Shown in pieces: positions 39,331 to 58,439 of a stretch of 64,000 bases of DNA; within the stretch, counting starts at the first letter, position 1, and every line of letters begins with the position of its first letter. The notes beneath the pieces were generated by a model, which saw only the letters and a list, made by a program, of their open reading frames with translations, made no database searches and was not told where the DNA came from. The position numbers were made by a program, and so were the translations under genes. The stretch lies in NCBI GenBank assembly GCA_033442325.1, contig JAWQFM010000005.1:1009058-1073057 (forward strand). Reading direction: 5' to 3'. The stretch is from Salpingoeca rosetta. Its lineage: Eukaryota > Protista > Choanoflagellata.

Positions 39331-40538
39331 GTAGTTGTGAGTGGGTGAGTGAGTGAGTGAGTGCGAGGATGTGTGACAGATAAAAGACCGCTATGTGGAA
39401 ACAAAAAGACTCTCCACGATCATGTGCCCACACCTTGCATCCGCACACTTGCAACATCGCATCACGCAGATGAAGACGGTTGCGTTAGCTACGGGAAGCA
39501 AGTGCATTGGGATTGAGCTGCTGGATTCCTCCGGCGACATTGTCATCGATGCCCACGCCGAAGTACTGGCCCGCCGTGCATTCCAATGGTACTGTTCGAG
39601 GCGTGGGATATCATGTCACGCTCAGGCACACCAATAGCCTGCTACAGCAATTGCTTCCCCAAGCACAAGCATGCATGAACACGCGCGCCTTTTGTCTCAT
39701 GTGCACGCACCCCACGGAAATGTTGACTCTGTCACCGCCCAAACCCGACACCTTTGACCACACACAACAGGTATTTGACACAGCAGATCCAACTTGCGCT
39801 GAAAGGCCAGAGCGAACTGCTGACATTTGTGCACAGCGTTGAGCCCAGTCCCATGGATGATGGTGATGATGACGGTGATGATGGTGATGAAGATGAGCAG
39901 GGGAAGGAGGAGAAGAAGGAAGGGGATGGGAAGGACGAGGATGGGAAGCAAGTAGACAACAGCGGCCCAATGTCTGCAATCAAGGCCCCACTTCGCGTCA
40001 AAGATAACTGCTCACTTCACCTCTACGTGTCGCACGCACCTTGTGAGTCAAGATGGGTGCCCTTGTTGCTATGTTTTCTGTTTATTCGCGATTCATTCCA
40101 TGCCTACTGTTTCGTTCTGGCCACGCTGTTACCGCACTCACACACGCGCAATTCCTGCTGCTTGTGCGCATGTCACAACATCCTGACACAGGCGGCGACG
40201 CGTCCATCTTTGAAGTGGACATCAGCACCGAAGACGCCGCTTCTTCCCGCGCAACGCAGGACGACGCTGTGGGCACCGCCACAACACCAACGATTGCGGC
40301 AGCAGAATCGGCAACAGCAACAGCGACAAATGACGCACGCGGCGTCGATGCGGTGCCATGCAAGCGCGCGAAACGCGACCAGCACCGCACGGGCGCAAAG
40401 CCGGTTCCCTCTGCCACCTCGGACCCGGTGCTACCGGGCGTCCAATATCACACAACAGGCACGCTTCGCACCAAGGTCAGTGCTCTGTGTGTGAGTGTGT
40501 TTGTGTGTGTCTATGTGTGTGTTTGTGCGGTGTGTGTC

Positions 40539-40584
<46 letters not shown>

Positions 40585-42105
40585 TGTGTGTGTGTTTGCT
40601 TGTGCGGTGTTGGGGGTGTATTAGCCAGCTGCAATAGCGTCATTTCTATTTCTTCATGTTTCTCACGTGTCTCCCCACGTCAAAACTATTTTTGCCGCAC
40701 ATCTGTCAGCCTGGACGCGGGCCACCGTCTCACTCCATGTCGTGCTCAGACAAGATCTTGCGGTGGACCTACCTCGGCCTTCAAGGCGCGCTCCTTCCTG
40801 CTGTCCTTGCGCAGCCGGTGGTTTTGTCCTCCATTGTTGTTGGCGAGCACTTTGATGTGGAGGCGCTGACACGTGCGCTGCAGTCAAGGATTGACGGCAT
40901 TTCCTCGTGCGGACCGTTCAAGCAAACAAAGGTACGAACAACCTGGTGCTGATGGGAGAGACGGATGCACATGCACCAACGCCAGCACGTGCAGTCTTTC
41001 ACATTGCTGTCCCCACACCAATACAGCACACACACACACTCACACACACACACACACGCACGCATGCGTTCACGACTGCTTTGCATCTCCATCTTCACAT
41101 CGTGCTATCGGCGTTCATAGCTGCGCATTGGAGCGGCGTCCGTCTCGTTCCCGGACGCAAAGGGCGAGCGGGCGAATATCTGTACAGCGCAGAAGACACA
41201 CCCAACCACGGCAGCGGCACCGCCTGCCAAGATGATTGCCCTCTCCGCTGGCATTGTGTACGCTGCTGCAAGCGCCAGTGCAGATGACGGTGCAAAGAAA
41301 GGAAATAGGGCCAACAGCAAGCCGTTGCGAGAAGTGCTGGTGAAAGGAATCAAGCAAGGCGCATCCCGCAAAAAACACAAGCCGGAGCACTTCAGGTGAG
41401 GCTGTGTCCTGTGTCGGCCAGCCATGTGCGCCAGTGTGTGAATGCGCGTGGATGTGCAGACATTGATGTGCATGTGTAGAAATTGATGTGCATGTGTGTG
41501 GACGTTTCAACACACGAGTGCTAGCACTCATGTGAGCACACCAGCGCTTGTGTGCGTACTGTTGTACATTCTGTTGTGGACACACACACACACTCACACA
41601 CACACACAATGACACACTCCCCGCCCCTTCTCGTCTTCGCCCCGCCAGGTCGGCGGTGTGCAAGCGCGAGCTGGCCGGTGGCGCCGTTGCAGCGATCGCG
41701 CACGTGTTTGATGTGATGCGGCAATACCAGCACAGTGGCCGAAGAAGACATGTACCGGGAGCAGGTGATGGTGGAGGCATGAACACGGACAGCGCCGACA
41801 GCAGCCGTGCTGGCCGTGCTGGTTATGCTGCGAGGAGTTGTGGTGATGGCACCAGTGACGTTGGTTCGGATGTTCCCTACACCACAGATAGGCAAAGCGA
41901 AGCGGGGCAGCAGCAGCAGCACTCGTCTGTGTCATATGCGTCATTGAAGCAACACATGTGTCCCGTGTACAGCAAGGCAAGGCACACGTTTCAAACGCAC
42001 GTGCGGCATTGGCGAGGAAATGCTGCCGCCAACACGGACAATTTTTCCGTCGCCATTCCACCACAGCTGATGCACGTTTGCACAGTAAGTTCCAACACGT
42101 CATAG
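39048..42105 (+). CDS. ADAT1: tRNA-specific adenosine deaminase 1 (multi-exon)
   Basis: WADEVARCALETYKKLPRQGKP..EWTVMAAIV, ALATGSKCIG, DAHAEVLARRAF, LYVSHAPC|GDASIF, RTGAKP, LRTK|PGRG..SMSCSDKILRW..LGLQGALL. No dsRBD, so ADAT1 rather than ADAR. Confidence 0.92.
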
Positions 42106-42763
42106 CGTGTGTGTGCGTGCGTGTGTGTGTGCTTGTGTGTAAGTGTGTGAGTGGAAAGGGTTGCGAGCGCTGCAATTGCTCGATTGATGCGAACGTGATT
42201 GCGTGTAATTAAAAGAAAATGCACGTCCTAATGCAAAACCAGCAGGCGAAAAGAAAAGAACAGAAGCAAAGAATAACGGCGTGCAACCACAAACATCGTG
42301 CAGCGAGGCCTGGGTGAAACAACACCAAGCACCAGAGCCATGAGAATGGCCCGCGTGTAACAACACCGAAAGTGCAGGGAGTAGCTGCGATAGCAGAGGT
42401 ATTGGGGGGGGGGGGTAAACATCAAGTGAAGGCGCAAAAGCAATACAAGTGATCAAACAGCGCACCAGCAACAGGTGCAAATGAGGGCGAACAAGCAACA
42501 GGTAGCATGAGTCACATTCCGACGAGCTAGGTGGCAACTCGACATTGAACACACCCACGCACTGCCGCGACGGCAAGAAGCAATCAATCTAGAAGAGCAA
42601 CAAGCAGCACGACCATATTCACCTCGAAAATGCAAATACTCAACATGCACAGAAAACAAACATGCGAACGCGCGCACACACGCACACGCACGCACACATA
42701 CACACACACACACAAACACACAAACACACACACACACCACGTCAACCAACGTCTCAACCCAAT

Positions 42764-44871
42764 TCAAGCATCCCATCCAATGGTGGCGTCAACGTAATCG
42801 CCCTCCGCATCCTCTTCGGCGACCGCCATGTGTGCCCGCGCACTTGTGGGGCCACGGTTGCCTGCAGGCATGCGTTTGTGTGTGCGGACGCTTTTCCCAC
42901 GCACAAATGTGAGGCGTTGGAGGGAGTCGTACTCGCCATCGGGTGCGCTCTTGTATTGAGGTTCCTGCTCAGGCCGCTGCAGCATGTCATACACACCCGG
43001 AGCAGCTGTCGACGTGAGCGGCGGTGGCGCTGCGTGGTGTGCTTGTGAATGACCAAATGCGGGGGCCCAAGCTGCCTGTCCATGCTCTTGCCGGTGCTGC
43101 TGCTGTTGTCGCCGATGTTGGCCTTGAGGCTGGCGCAGGTGGTCGTATTGAGGGCTTGCATTGGCACTAACAGTGTTGGCATATGTCGGCGCTGTCGCCT
43201 CCCAGCCACTCACGACGTGCGCTCCTCGCACCTGCGGCACATCATACACAGCACCAGCGGGCTCGCTCGCCACGACGCCACCGCCCGGCGTTGAAGATAG
43301 TGTCGATGCTGAGGATGGTGTTGGTGGCATTGCCTGGTCGGCAGAGGTGCTGCGTGGAGGCGCCTCGTACATCGGGTTGGCGTACATGGCCAGCGTGGAG
43401 GCCGCCCCGACATCATCAAGCGCAGGCGTCGTGTGTGTGCGGCGGGGGCGGGAGCGCCGAACCACCAGCACGATCACCACCGTGCAGCACACGACTGCGC
43501 CCACAGCAATGCCCACAATCACTGGCGTTGACAGCGCGGAGGAGGACGAGGACGAGGACGATGCGTCAACACCGCCCTTCTTGCCAGTCGTCGTGGCCGT
43601 GGTCGTCGAAACACCGCCACCACCATCGCCACCACCACTATCACCGCCATTAACAGCAGCGGGCTCGGCAGCGACCTTGCCGCCACCGACATCAACCACA
43701 ACCTCGCCGTTGGAGACTGCGCGCCGCACCGTGGCAACAGAGCTTGTGTCTGCGAGTGTGACGGTGACAACAATGCTGCCACGCCGGATCTGCACATCAA
43801 CAATGGATTGCACGTTGATGAAGCGGGAGAGAGACGCGCGAACGGCTGTCGCAAGTACGTTGGGCTGGATGCTGTCAAAGTCAAGCTGAAACACCATGCC
43901 AACCACCAACTCACTGGAAGTGGTGGTGGCGGTTGTTGTTGTTGTTGTTGTTGTCGTCGTCGTCGTCATCGTCGTCGTCGTCGTGGTGGTGGTGGTGGTG
44001 GTACTAGTTGTTGTGGTGGTAGTTGTTGTGGTACTAGTTGTTGTGGTGGTAGTTGTTGTGGTACTAGTTGTTGTGGTTGTTGTGGTTGTTGTCGTCGTCG
44101 TCGTGGTGGTGGTGGTGGTTGTGGTAGTTGTTGTAGTCGTGGTCATGGTTGCTGGCGCACGCGTGGAAATTGTCTTCCAGCGGGCGCAACCAACCGACAG
44201 CGTCGGTTCCTTGAACGACGACGCCGACTTGAACGTCAAGCTGCCGCGGTCACGGTTGGTGCTGGTGTCACCATCCACCCACAGCACAAGGGCAAACGCG
44301 CCATGGCCACCCTCGCTCCCGCCCTCATGCGTGTCTTTGGACGACAGCTGTGACCACACCTCCGTGACGTCCAGCACCAGCGTATTCCCTTGCAGCACCC
44401 TCCCCACTTCCTCATCAACAGCCTTCTCATACACCCGTTCAGAATACCTTCTGGCAAAGTTGGCCTCCAACGCGTCTGCTGTGCACATGTACTCGCGCCC
44501 ATTCTCTTCACTGCTGTCATCATCGCTTGCGCCGCTGTCGCTGCACTCCGGTGCTTGACGCAACGCCCGCAGTTTCAGCTTCACGTCCTTGCCCGCATTG
44601 CTGATGGCACCAGCGATGGTCATGGTAAGCTGGAGCGAGAACCCTCTGGCGCACCTCTCTTCAGCCGCTGTCAGTATCTGTGTGTCATCGTCACTCCACA
44701 CCAGTATGGCACGCGTGATAGCCCCATCGCTCACGCCAACCGTGTCGATGCGTGCTGAAGACAGCCCCAGCAACCATGACTCTGGGTTTGGCTGATATCG
44801 GGCCTCCCACCACCGAGCGATTGCGACGTCGGGTGGTGTAGTGGTGGTGGCAGTGGTGGTGGTGGTGACGG

Positions 44872-44926
<55 letters not shown>

Positions 44927-46645
44927 AGTTGTGGTAGTGGTTGTGGTTGTGGTAGGGGTGGTGGTGGAAGTTGTGGTTGTGGTTGTCCATGTGCATTCAA
45001 TCTCCAACACGGGTACGTCGTCGTCGTTGTTGCGAAAGCTGAACAGGCCAATGTGACTGGCGCCCGAACTCACATCACCGTCAATCCACACCACCACTGC
45101 CATCGGTCCTTGCGTGGGGTCGCTGTTGTCGCGCTCCTGCACGTATTCAGACCACACCTGCGTGGCATCCCATTGCAAGATCCTGGATTCCCCGCCACCC
45201 CCTGCTGTCGCCGTCTCACCAAACGTGTACTCGTCCACAAAGTCGTCATCCCACGACTGCGATGCTTTCTCGCATGATCTCGTGAGGTCCTTGCACTGCG
45301 GGATCTTCTTGAGGGCACGAAGACGGAAGCTGCTGTCTGCTGTGGTGGGGTCTTCTTTAGACGTCATCGTTAGGCGTGCAGTGACAGTGCCGGGACACGT
45401 GGCCGTTGCGTCCAGCAGCTGGTCCGTGTCGTCAGCACTCCAAACCAACACCCCGCGCCGAGCATAGTCCACACCTAAGAGCACATTGTCGTATCCGACG
45501 TCACAAGACGATCGCGTGCACACTTTGAGCGAGTCGCTCCCCCATGAGCCCGTGGGGTGAGAAGCCACCCACCACTGGTCAATGCGGGTACGGGTCACCA
45601 TCGATTGCTGTGGAGGGGTACGCGTGCATTGGAAGCTGAGGATGGCGGGAGCTGTGCTAAAAGCCACAGCAGAGTTGGAGGTGGAGCCACTGTTGTCTTC
45701 TGCTGTGTCGTACAACACGAACGCGCGCACTTGCGAGGCATCGTCGTCTGCACTGGTGTCGAGCCAGCGCTCAACAATGCGGGTGACATCCCATTGAAAT
45801 GACACACTCTCTCCCTCGTCAGAGTCAATGTCGCCCTCCTCAATGATGACGCTTGCCGTGGGAAGCTCGTGCACGTATGCGCCGTCATTGACGAAGTTTG
45901 TTGGCCAATGCTCATTGCCACTCAAGAAAGGCTGCCGAAGCCCATCTGCCACAACGTGCAGCGGGCGGTGGTTGGCGTTCTTGTTAGTGGAGCTCGCGAA
46001 GACGTGCAGAGTTGCTGAGGCCAGGCGTCCTGTATCGCGGCATTCACTCAAGGGGCCGCGCAGGTCCTCGTTATCGAAGGCAAGCAGGCCCCGATGTCGG
46101 TCGTACAAACCGACACGGCTGCAGCAGCCACAGCGCGGAACAGGAGGAGCAACACAACAGAAGCAAAGTGAGAGCGGCAAAGGTGAGCAACGCGCGCAGG
46201 ATCGAAAGCAAAGACTTCGCGGGAGGTGAGGAATCCATTGGGGGGGGGGGAGGAATAAAGGAAGCACACATTTCGAAGCAATGGCAACTCATACGCACAA
46301 GAAGTTATCCGTGATGTAGCCATCGTAGTCCTTGACCCAGGTGGCGGACGCGGCTGCAGCAATGCTGAACGTTTTGCTCGTTGCAGTCGTTGTGGTTGGT
46401 GTCGTGGTGACTGGTGGGTCTCCTTGGTCAATGGGATCTTCACCGCCCATGTCTGGGTCATCACCATTCCCACCAGTTCCACCAGTTCCTCCTCCTCCAC
46501 CACCACCACCACCTAGGTCCTCGAGCTCGAGCTGTTTGCCTGCGTCCACGCTGGGGACGCCGCTGCCACCACCACAGGACAGCGCCACCACGCAAACACA
46601 AACAAACGCCACGGCACAAGCCCTCAGCACGACGAGCCGCACCAT
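42764..46645 (-). CDS. Type-I membrane protein: three DNRLRE/CBM96-like repeats, Thr mucin tracts, SEA domain, TM, Tyr-motif-rich tail (2 exons)
   Basis: SP MVRLVVLRACAVAFVCVCVVALSCG. Three repeats with RG/RA-hydrophobic and W/LDxTxV/I motifs. SEA motif RRGSIVVTV. TM VIVGIAVGAVVCCTVVIVLVV. Tail has 9 Tyr. Intron at 46119-46298. Confidence 0.8.
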
Positions 46646-46744
46646 CTTGCTTGCTTGCTTGCTCGTGTGGAAAATTCACCAAACACACCGCAACTTTTCA
46701 TTTGTGTGTTGATTCACGTTCGCCGCAAACCACTCAACACTCAA

Positions 46745-46876
<132 letters not shown>

Positions 46877-47084
46877 ACTCTGCGTTCTTCTGTACTTCCT
46901 TTTGGAATGTAACTAAATTGGGGAGCAACACAACCAACATCCAAACACCGAGAACAACAACTACAACAACAACACCGACACACAGCTTGGAGAGGTGCAG
47001 CTAACCAGCCATACGAGGAACAACAGCAAAACAAAAAACAACAGCAACAACAACATGGGTGCACATCATGTCACTGATGCCGCG

Positions 47085-52369
<5,285 letters not shown>

Positions 52370-52711
52370 GCTGTGTTGTGTGCTGTGTTGTTTGCTGTGC
52401 TTTTGCTGCTGCTGTTGCTGCTGCTGTTGCTGTTGTTGTAGCTGCTGCTGTTGTCGTTGTTGAGTGTCACTGCTGTTCTGGGCGGCTCGCTCAGCTCGCT
52501 TGCTGCAGCTCGGTTGCTTGCTGGCTGGCTTGTTCACTTCGTGTTGCATGAGACGACCACACCACAACACCAAGCAGCACGTTCACACACAGCACCAGCA
52601 CGTTGACAAAGAAGAAGCAAAGAGAGTGGTTGTGGAAAATTGGCTGTATCATCCATTTATTCACGCGGGTGTTTGTGTTTTGCTTGTTGGAGAAGCAACC
52701 AAACACCAACC

Positions 52712-52977
52712 ATGGCTGGAGATGGAGATGAGGTGGGTTCATGGCGCATCGAGCGGCACATCACATACGTCCGTCTTGCTGGCTTGTTGGCTTGCTCTCT
52801 TGCTGGCATGGCGCATTGAGAATGAGCCGTGGTCACACGCCTGTCATCGAACATGCAAGCACAGCCTGCGGCACTCTCTTCCGGCCACCCCATACATGTT
52901 TGATCGCTCCACAGTTGTTATGCAAACTATTGATGTGCTCACCCACGTATACCTACTTTCACACACACACACACACA

Positions 52978-53050
<73 letters not shown>

Positions 53051-54139
53051 GTGTCTACCCACTTACACACTTTCTTTTTGCAGGCATTGCTGGCGCTGAG
53101 GCCGCCGAATCTGCCATGGTATCGTGCGACACGGTACACGTTGGCCATTTGGGCCTTCTTTGGCTTTCTGAATGTCTATGCGCTGCGCGTCAACCTCAGT
53201 GTGGCCATTGTCAAGATGTCCTCGGAGTACAACTGGGGCAACTGGCAATCAAGTGAGCAACATCAAGCGAGGCATCGCTCTGCGTTGCTCATGCAAACTT
53301 GTGTGTGTGTGCGTGTGCGTGTGTGTATAAGCCTGTGCGTGTAAGCCTGTGCGTGTAAGCCTGTGCGTGTAAGCCTGTGCGTGTAAGCCTGTGCGTGTAA
53401 GCCTGTGCATGTTCATTTGTACTGTCCCAGCGGTCGCTGAGGGGCGACTTGTGCAAGCGCCTTCGCTGGCACCAACTCACTGTCTGAGATGACGCTGTTC
53501 TGTGCACCAGGCATTGTGCTGTCGTCGTTCTTCTACGGCTACATTGTGACGCAGCTCCCGGGCGGCTGGCTCGCGACTCGATTCGGCGGCAAGCTGGTAC
53601 AACAGTACGCACCTGGCAACATGAAGGCTTCGCCTGTCCTGCGACAAACCCCTGTGCTTGTTCCTGCCATGGTATGACCTTGATGGCTGGCATGCTGATG
53701 CGTCTCACGTGTGTTTCGTGCCATACCAGGTGTTTGCATATGGTGTCCTGTGTACGACAGTGTTGACGCTGCTGACCCCACTTGCCAGCGAGCGTCTCCC
53801 GGTGCTGGTGGCCCTGCGCATCGTGGAAGGCCTGGGCGAGGTGTGTGGTTGTGTGCTGCGTGAATGCTTGTTGCGTGCTGTGTGTGTGTATGCTTGTTGC
53901 GTGCTGTGTGTGCCCTTGCGACCTTGTGCCCCTGCGCTCTTGTTCGCTTGCCTTTTGCTCCAAGCGTGTTCTGCATCTGCTGACTACTGTGCTTGCGATC
54001 ATCCCTGTTTGCGACGCGATACAGGGCGTGACATATCCGGCAATGCATGCAATGTGGGCAAAGTGGGCACCGCCAGCAGAACGAAGCCAGCTTGCAACAA
54101 TCGCATACTCAGGTAGAGATGTGCGTGCGTGCGTGTGTA

Positions 54140-54222
<83 letters not shown>

Positions 54223-54820
54223 GTCTGTGTGTCTGTCCGTCCGTCTGTCTGTCTGTCTGTATCTCCCCTTTTGTTGGCTGCTGCTTCATCGCAAGTGCTA
54301 ATGTAAGGAACACCGTGATCACCTACCATCGCCTGACCTCACCCCCTCCCCACCACCTGTGGTCATGCTAGGCGCATTCCTGGGGACCGTTGTTGCCCTG
54401 CCGGCCTCTGGTGCTCTTGCAGACTCCAACTTCCTTGGTCAGTGCACCCCACTGCACGCTGTCGAGCTGCCGTCTCGTGTTGCGTTTCCGTGTAATGTTG
54501 TCCTTGACTGGCTGGTTACTGCTGGCTCAACGCTTTCCTTCCCTATTTGCTCACGTCACTCTATACCACGACGACGACCACCACTACCACTACCACTGCC
54601 AACAACAGGCGGGTGGCCGTCTGTGTTCTATGTGTTCGGCGCAATCGGATGTGTCTGGTTCGTGTTTTGGATGCTTCTCATCGCAGACAGCCCAGCAAAG
54701 TACGCTTTTGTCTTGGCACAGCAAAGCGCTCAACTTGTGCACTCGCATGCGTGTGTGTGTGTGTGTGTGTGCGTGTGTTCGATTTGATTCACGCCTTCGA
54801 CGCGCATCGCTGCTTCTTCC

Positions 54821-54866
<46 letters not shown>

Positions 54867-55636
54867 ACTGCACCACAGGCACAAGCGCATCAGCGCGGAG
54901 GAGCGGGATTACATCATGGGCAGCATCTCGGCGGTGCAGGGAAAACAGGAGCACGTGCCCACGCCCTGGAAGGCCATCTTCACGTCTGTCCCCGTCTACG
55001 CCATCATCGTCAACCACACCACGCAGGTGGAACAGGCAACCCCGACACAGCTGGCTCAATTCTGTATTTGTTTGGCCAGGACCAAAGGTCACACACACAC
55101 GTACACACCACACATGCAGGCAACACACACATGTGCGCTTTCGTGTGCGTGGTTCGTGTCATCCCCTCACCCGCCCAACACTTGCCTTGCGATCCTCTGC
55201 GCGACACGCCAGAACTGGGGGTTCTACACGCTGCTGACGTGCTTGCCAACATACTTCAACGACGTGTTGCAATTCAACATCTCCAGCGTACGTACGTTGT
55301 TGTCCTTCCTGCTTGATGTATTTGTTCATTATGGCATCTGCAAATTCCACCATGGTTTAAATGTTTCTGATTACACCCTCGTCAAGTCGCACCACGCACA
55401 GACTCACGTTCGCGCTCACCACACGCACGCACACGCACACATGCTCACACACACACACGCACGCATTCATTGCGCATCCACCAATCCCCCTCTTACAGAG
55501 CGGCATTTACGCGTCTCTGCCGTACCTTGCGTTGTTTCTCGTGACACTTGCTGGCGGTCAGCTCGCAGACTACTTCCGCGTCCACAACATCCTCTCCACA
55601 ACTTGGGGTGCGCTCGAGTTGAGGTGCTTGCGGTGG

Positions 55637-55690
<54 letters not shown>

Positions 55691-57271
55691 CGTGTGCGTG
55701 TGCGTGTGCGTGCGTGCATGCGTGTGTGTATGTGTGTGTGTGTGTGTGTACGTGTACTGGACGCTGGTGCATGTTGGCGTTTGTTCTCCTCAAGGAGCGC
55801 AGCAGCTGTGACATTTGCTTCCTTTTCTTGAACTGGGGGAAGAGATGCTGGTGTGTACACTCTCGCACCCTTTGCACATGTGCGTATTCTCGCTGCGCTA
55901 ACGGTCATTCCTCGTCCTGCTGCCCGCCACACCAGTGCGTAAGCTGCACAACACAACCGCGTACACCATTGCCGTCATCTTCCTGGTCCTCGCCGGGTAC
56001 ACGGGAAAGGCCAACGTTTCGGTGCGTCGCACACTCAGGGTGCTTCTGACTGGTACCCCCTCAGCGTCTCTACCGGCATGCTCTTGTCCAATACCTACAC
56101 ATGCACATACATACGTGCGCACACGCTCCTTTCTCCTTTCCCCCTCCCCTTCACTCAAACACACACACACACACTCACACACACACTCACACTCACACAC
56201 ACACTCACACACACACAAACACACACACAACACACATTCATCGCCTGGTGCGCAGCCAACCGACCCTGGCCTGCTTGGGTCCACTGGCCTGTCCAAGTCC
56301 GAAGCACTGGCGGTGACATACCTGACAATCTCAACAGGCGCTCTCGGTCTCACGCAGTCGGGCTTCAACATTAACCACCTCGACGTCAGCCCCCGTTTCG
56401 CAGGTCTGCACAGGCATGCACGCAGACCTGTGCGCATGTAGTAACTACCACAAACACACACAGAGCCATGCACACACGCATACACACTCATACACACACA
56501 TACACATATACACACACGCAAGCACGGGTACACGCACACTTTGCAACCCTAACCCTCTCCCCCCCCCCTCTCCCTCAAAGCTCCCGAGGTTGTACTTGGA
56601 TCCAACCCCTCCAATCTATTCTGACTCACGCTTTTTGCGCGACGTTGCTGTGTGTGCACATGCGCAAATGACACTTCAGGCGTGCTGATGGGCATCACAA
56701 ATGGGTTTGCAACCATCCCTGGCTTCGTGGCACCGACGGTGGCTGGGGCCATTGCTTCGTGGTAAGCAAGACAAGCCTTCTTGAAGAAACCCGAGTAGTC
56801 ACTACGCGCCTGTGTTGCTTGCCATCTTGGCTTGTTATCGACGCCACAAGCCACCCAACAGCACAAACGCACACATGTACAAACACACACGCACGCACAT
56901 ACATACACATGCTGTTTGCACAATCATCTGTGCCTCTGCAACCACATCCTTGCCTGCTTTCTTGCTTACGCCCCCCCCCCATCCCTTCCCTTCCTTCCTT
57001 CCTTCGTTGTGCTGACTGGTCTTCTACAGCGGGCTGTGCGACAACGACAAGTCGCCCTTCAACGGGACGTACTGGGAGGGCCCCAACAAGTGCCCACCGA
57101 CCAACGGGACGGTTGCACAGATGCACCGCTACCACAAGTGCACCATAGACGATGCTCAACACCAGTGGAGGTTTGGACGTCTCTGTGTGGGTGGGAGGAG
57201 CCATCGTGCTTGATGCTGCTGGGTGTTGTTGTTGCTGTTGCTTCTGGTTTTGTCTGCGCCTCCATTCACAG

Positions 57272-57325
<54 letters not shown>

Positions 57326-57554
57326 ACACGCGCGCAAGTGCAGGCTGGTATTCTTCATCTCCGCTGGCGTGTTTGCGTTTGGCTCGCTGGTGTTTCTCAT
57401 CTTCGGCTCAGGCAAGGTGCAACCGTTCAACACGCCGTCGTCCTTGCTGCGCAGTGACGCGGAAAACGGCACGCCTTCGCTCACAGAGAGCTCGGCGTTG
57501 CTGCAGAATGTTGACGGCAATGCGCGCACTCGCGTCTCACCCATCAACGCGTGA
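52712..57554 (+). CDS. Sialin-like SLC17/ACS-family MFS anion transporter (multi-exon)
   Basis: [140 protein letters not shown]-terminal ESSALL dileucine motif. Confidence 0.93.
53326..53408. repeat. Intronic minisatellite, 14-bp unit (gtgtaagcctgtgc) x ~6
   Basis: Directly visible tandem array in an intron of the SLC17 gene. Confidence 0.85.
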
Positions 57555-57590
57555 ACGTGCCACGCGCTAACGAACGTAGATCAACAAGGG

Positions 57591-57626
<36 letters not shown>

Positions 57627-57698
57627 CGTGTTTGTGTGTGAGTGTGTGTGTATGTGTGTGTATTCGTGTTTGTGTGTGTGTGAGTGAGTGTGTGCGTG

Positions 57699-57733
<35 letters not shown>

Positions 57734-58439
57734 TGGCCAGCTCATCATCGTCATTGTCTAACGTCATCGTGGTTGCATGAAAGAAACCGCTTGTTCATTA
57801 ACGTGGCATTAAAACACAGCTAAGGAAAGAAGAGGAACAGCATGTGTTGACAGCACAACAGAAGAAGCCAACATGAGTGATGCTGGGATGTTGTCAAGCA
57901 AGTCATCAACAAATCAAGGAAACAAAAAGAAGTGGCACGACCACCAGCAAAAACGAAATAGAACGTCCAGGTCCATGGCAACAGCCCAACCCGCCAGTCC
58001 TCTGAACAACCAAGAGAACCAAGGAAGAGCGGCTGAGCGGGGGGTGGGAAGGTGATGAATTAATGTAAGGTTGATGTGTCGAAAAGAACAAGTTGGGGGT
58101 GGGTGATGATGATGATGGATGTCAACGAATAAACTGGAGCAGAATAAAGGGGCAGGGTGAAAAGCAATTTGGAGCGGGAAAGAGAAGGGGGGGGGGGTGG
58201 TGTAACTTCGGGTTTGGGTGCTATGGCATCAGTGCCATCGGAACAGAAGAACCAGTGAAGAAATCGCGAGAAAACAGAGAAGGCGGGCAAAATGTATGCT
58301 TGTATGAGTGTATGGCAAAAGAAGAAAAGAAGAAAGGAAACGCCATGAAACATTGGTGGAGGAAGAGGATGGGTAAGGCACACACAGGCACACAAATGTG
58401 CGAGTGCGCTCCGTGGACTCGACGCTCTCCTGTTCGCGC

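Noticed and set aside
39048-42105. ADAR mRNA-editing enzyme
   Set aside because: No dsRNA-binding domains; the N-terminus and inserts match ADAT1.
53326-53408. Short repeat arrays (also 5999-6070 and 39257-39363) as CRISPR-like
   Set aside because: Head-to-tail units without unique spacers, intronic, eukaryotic context, no cas genes.
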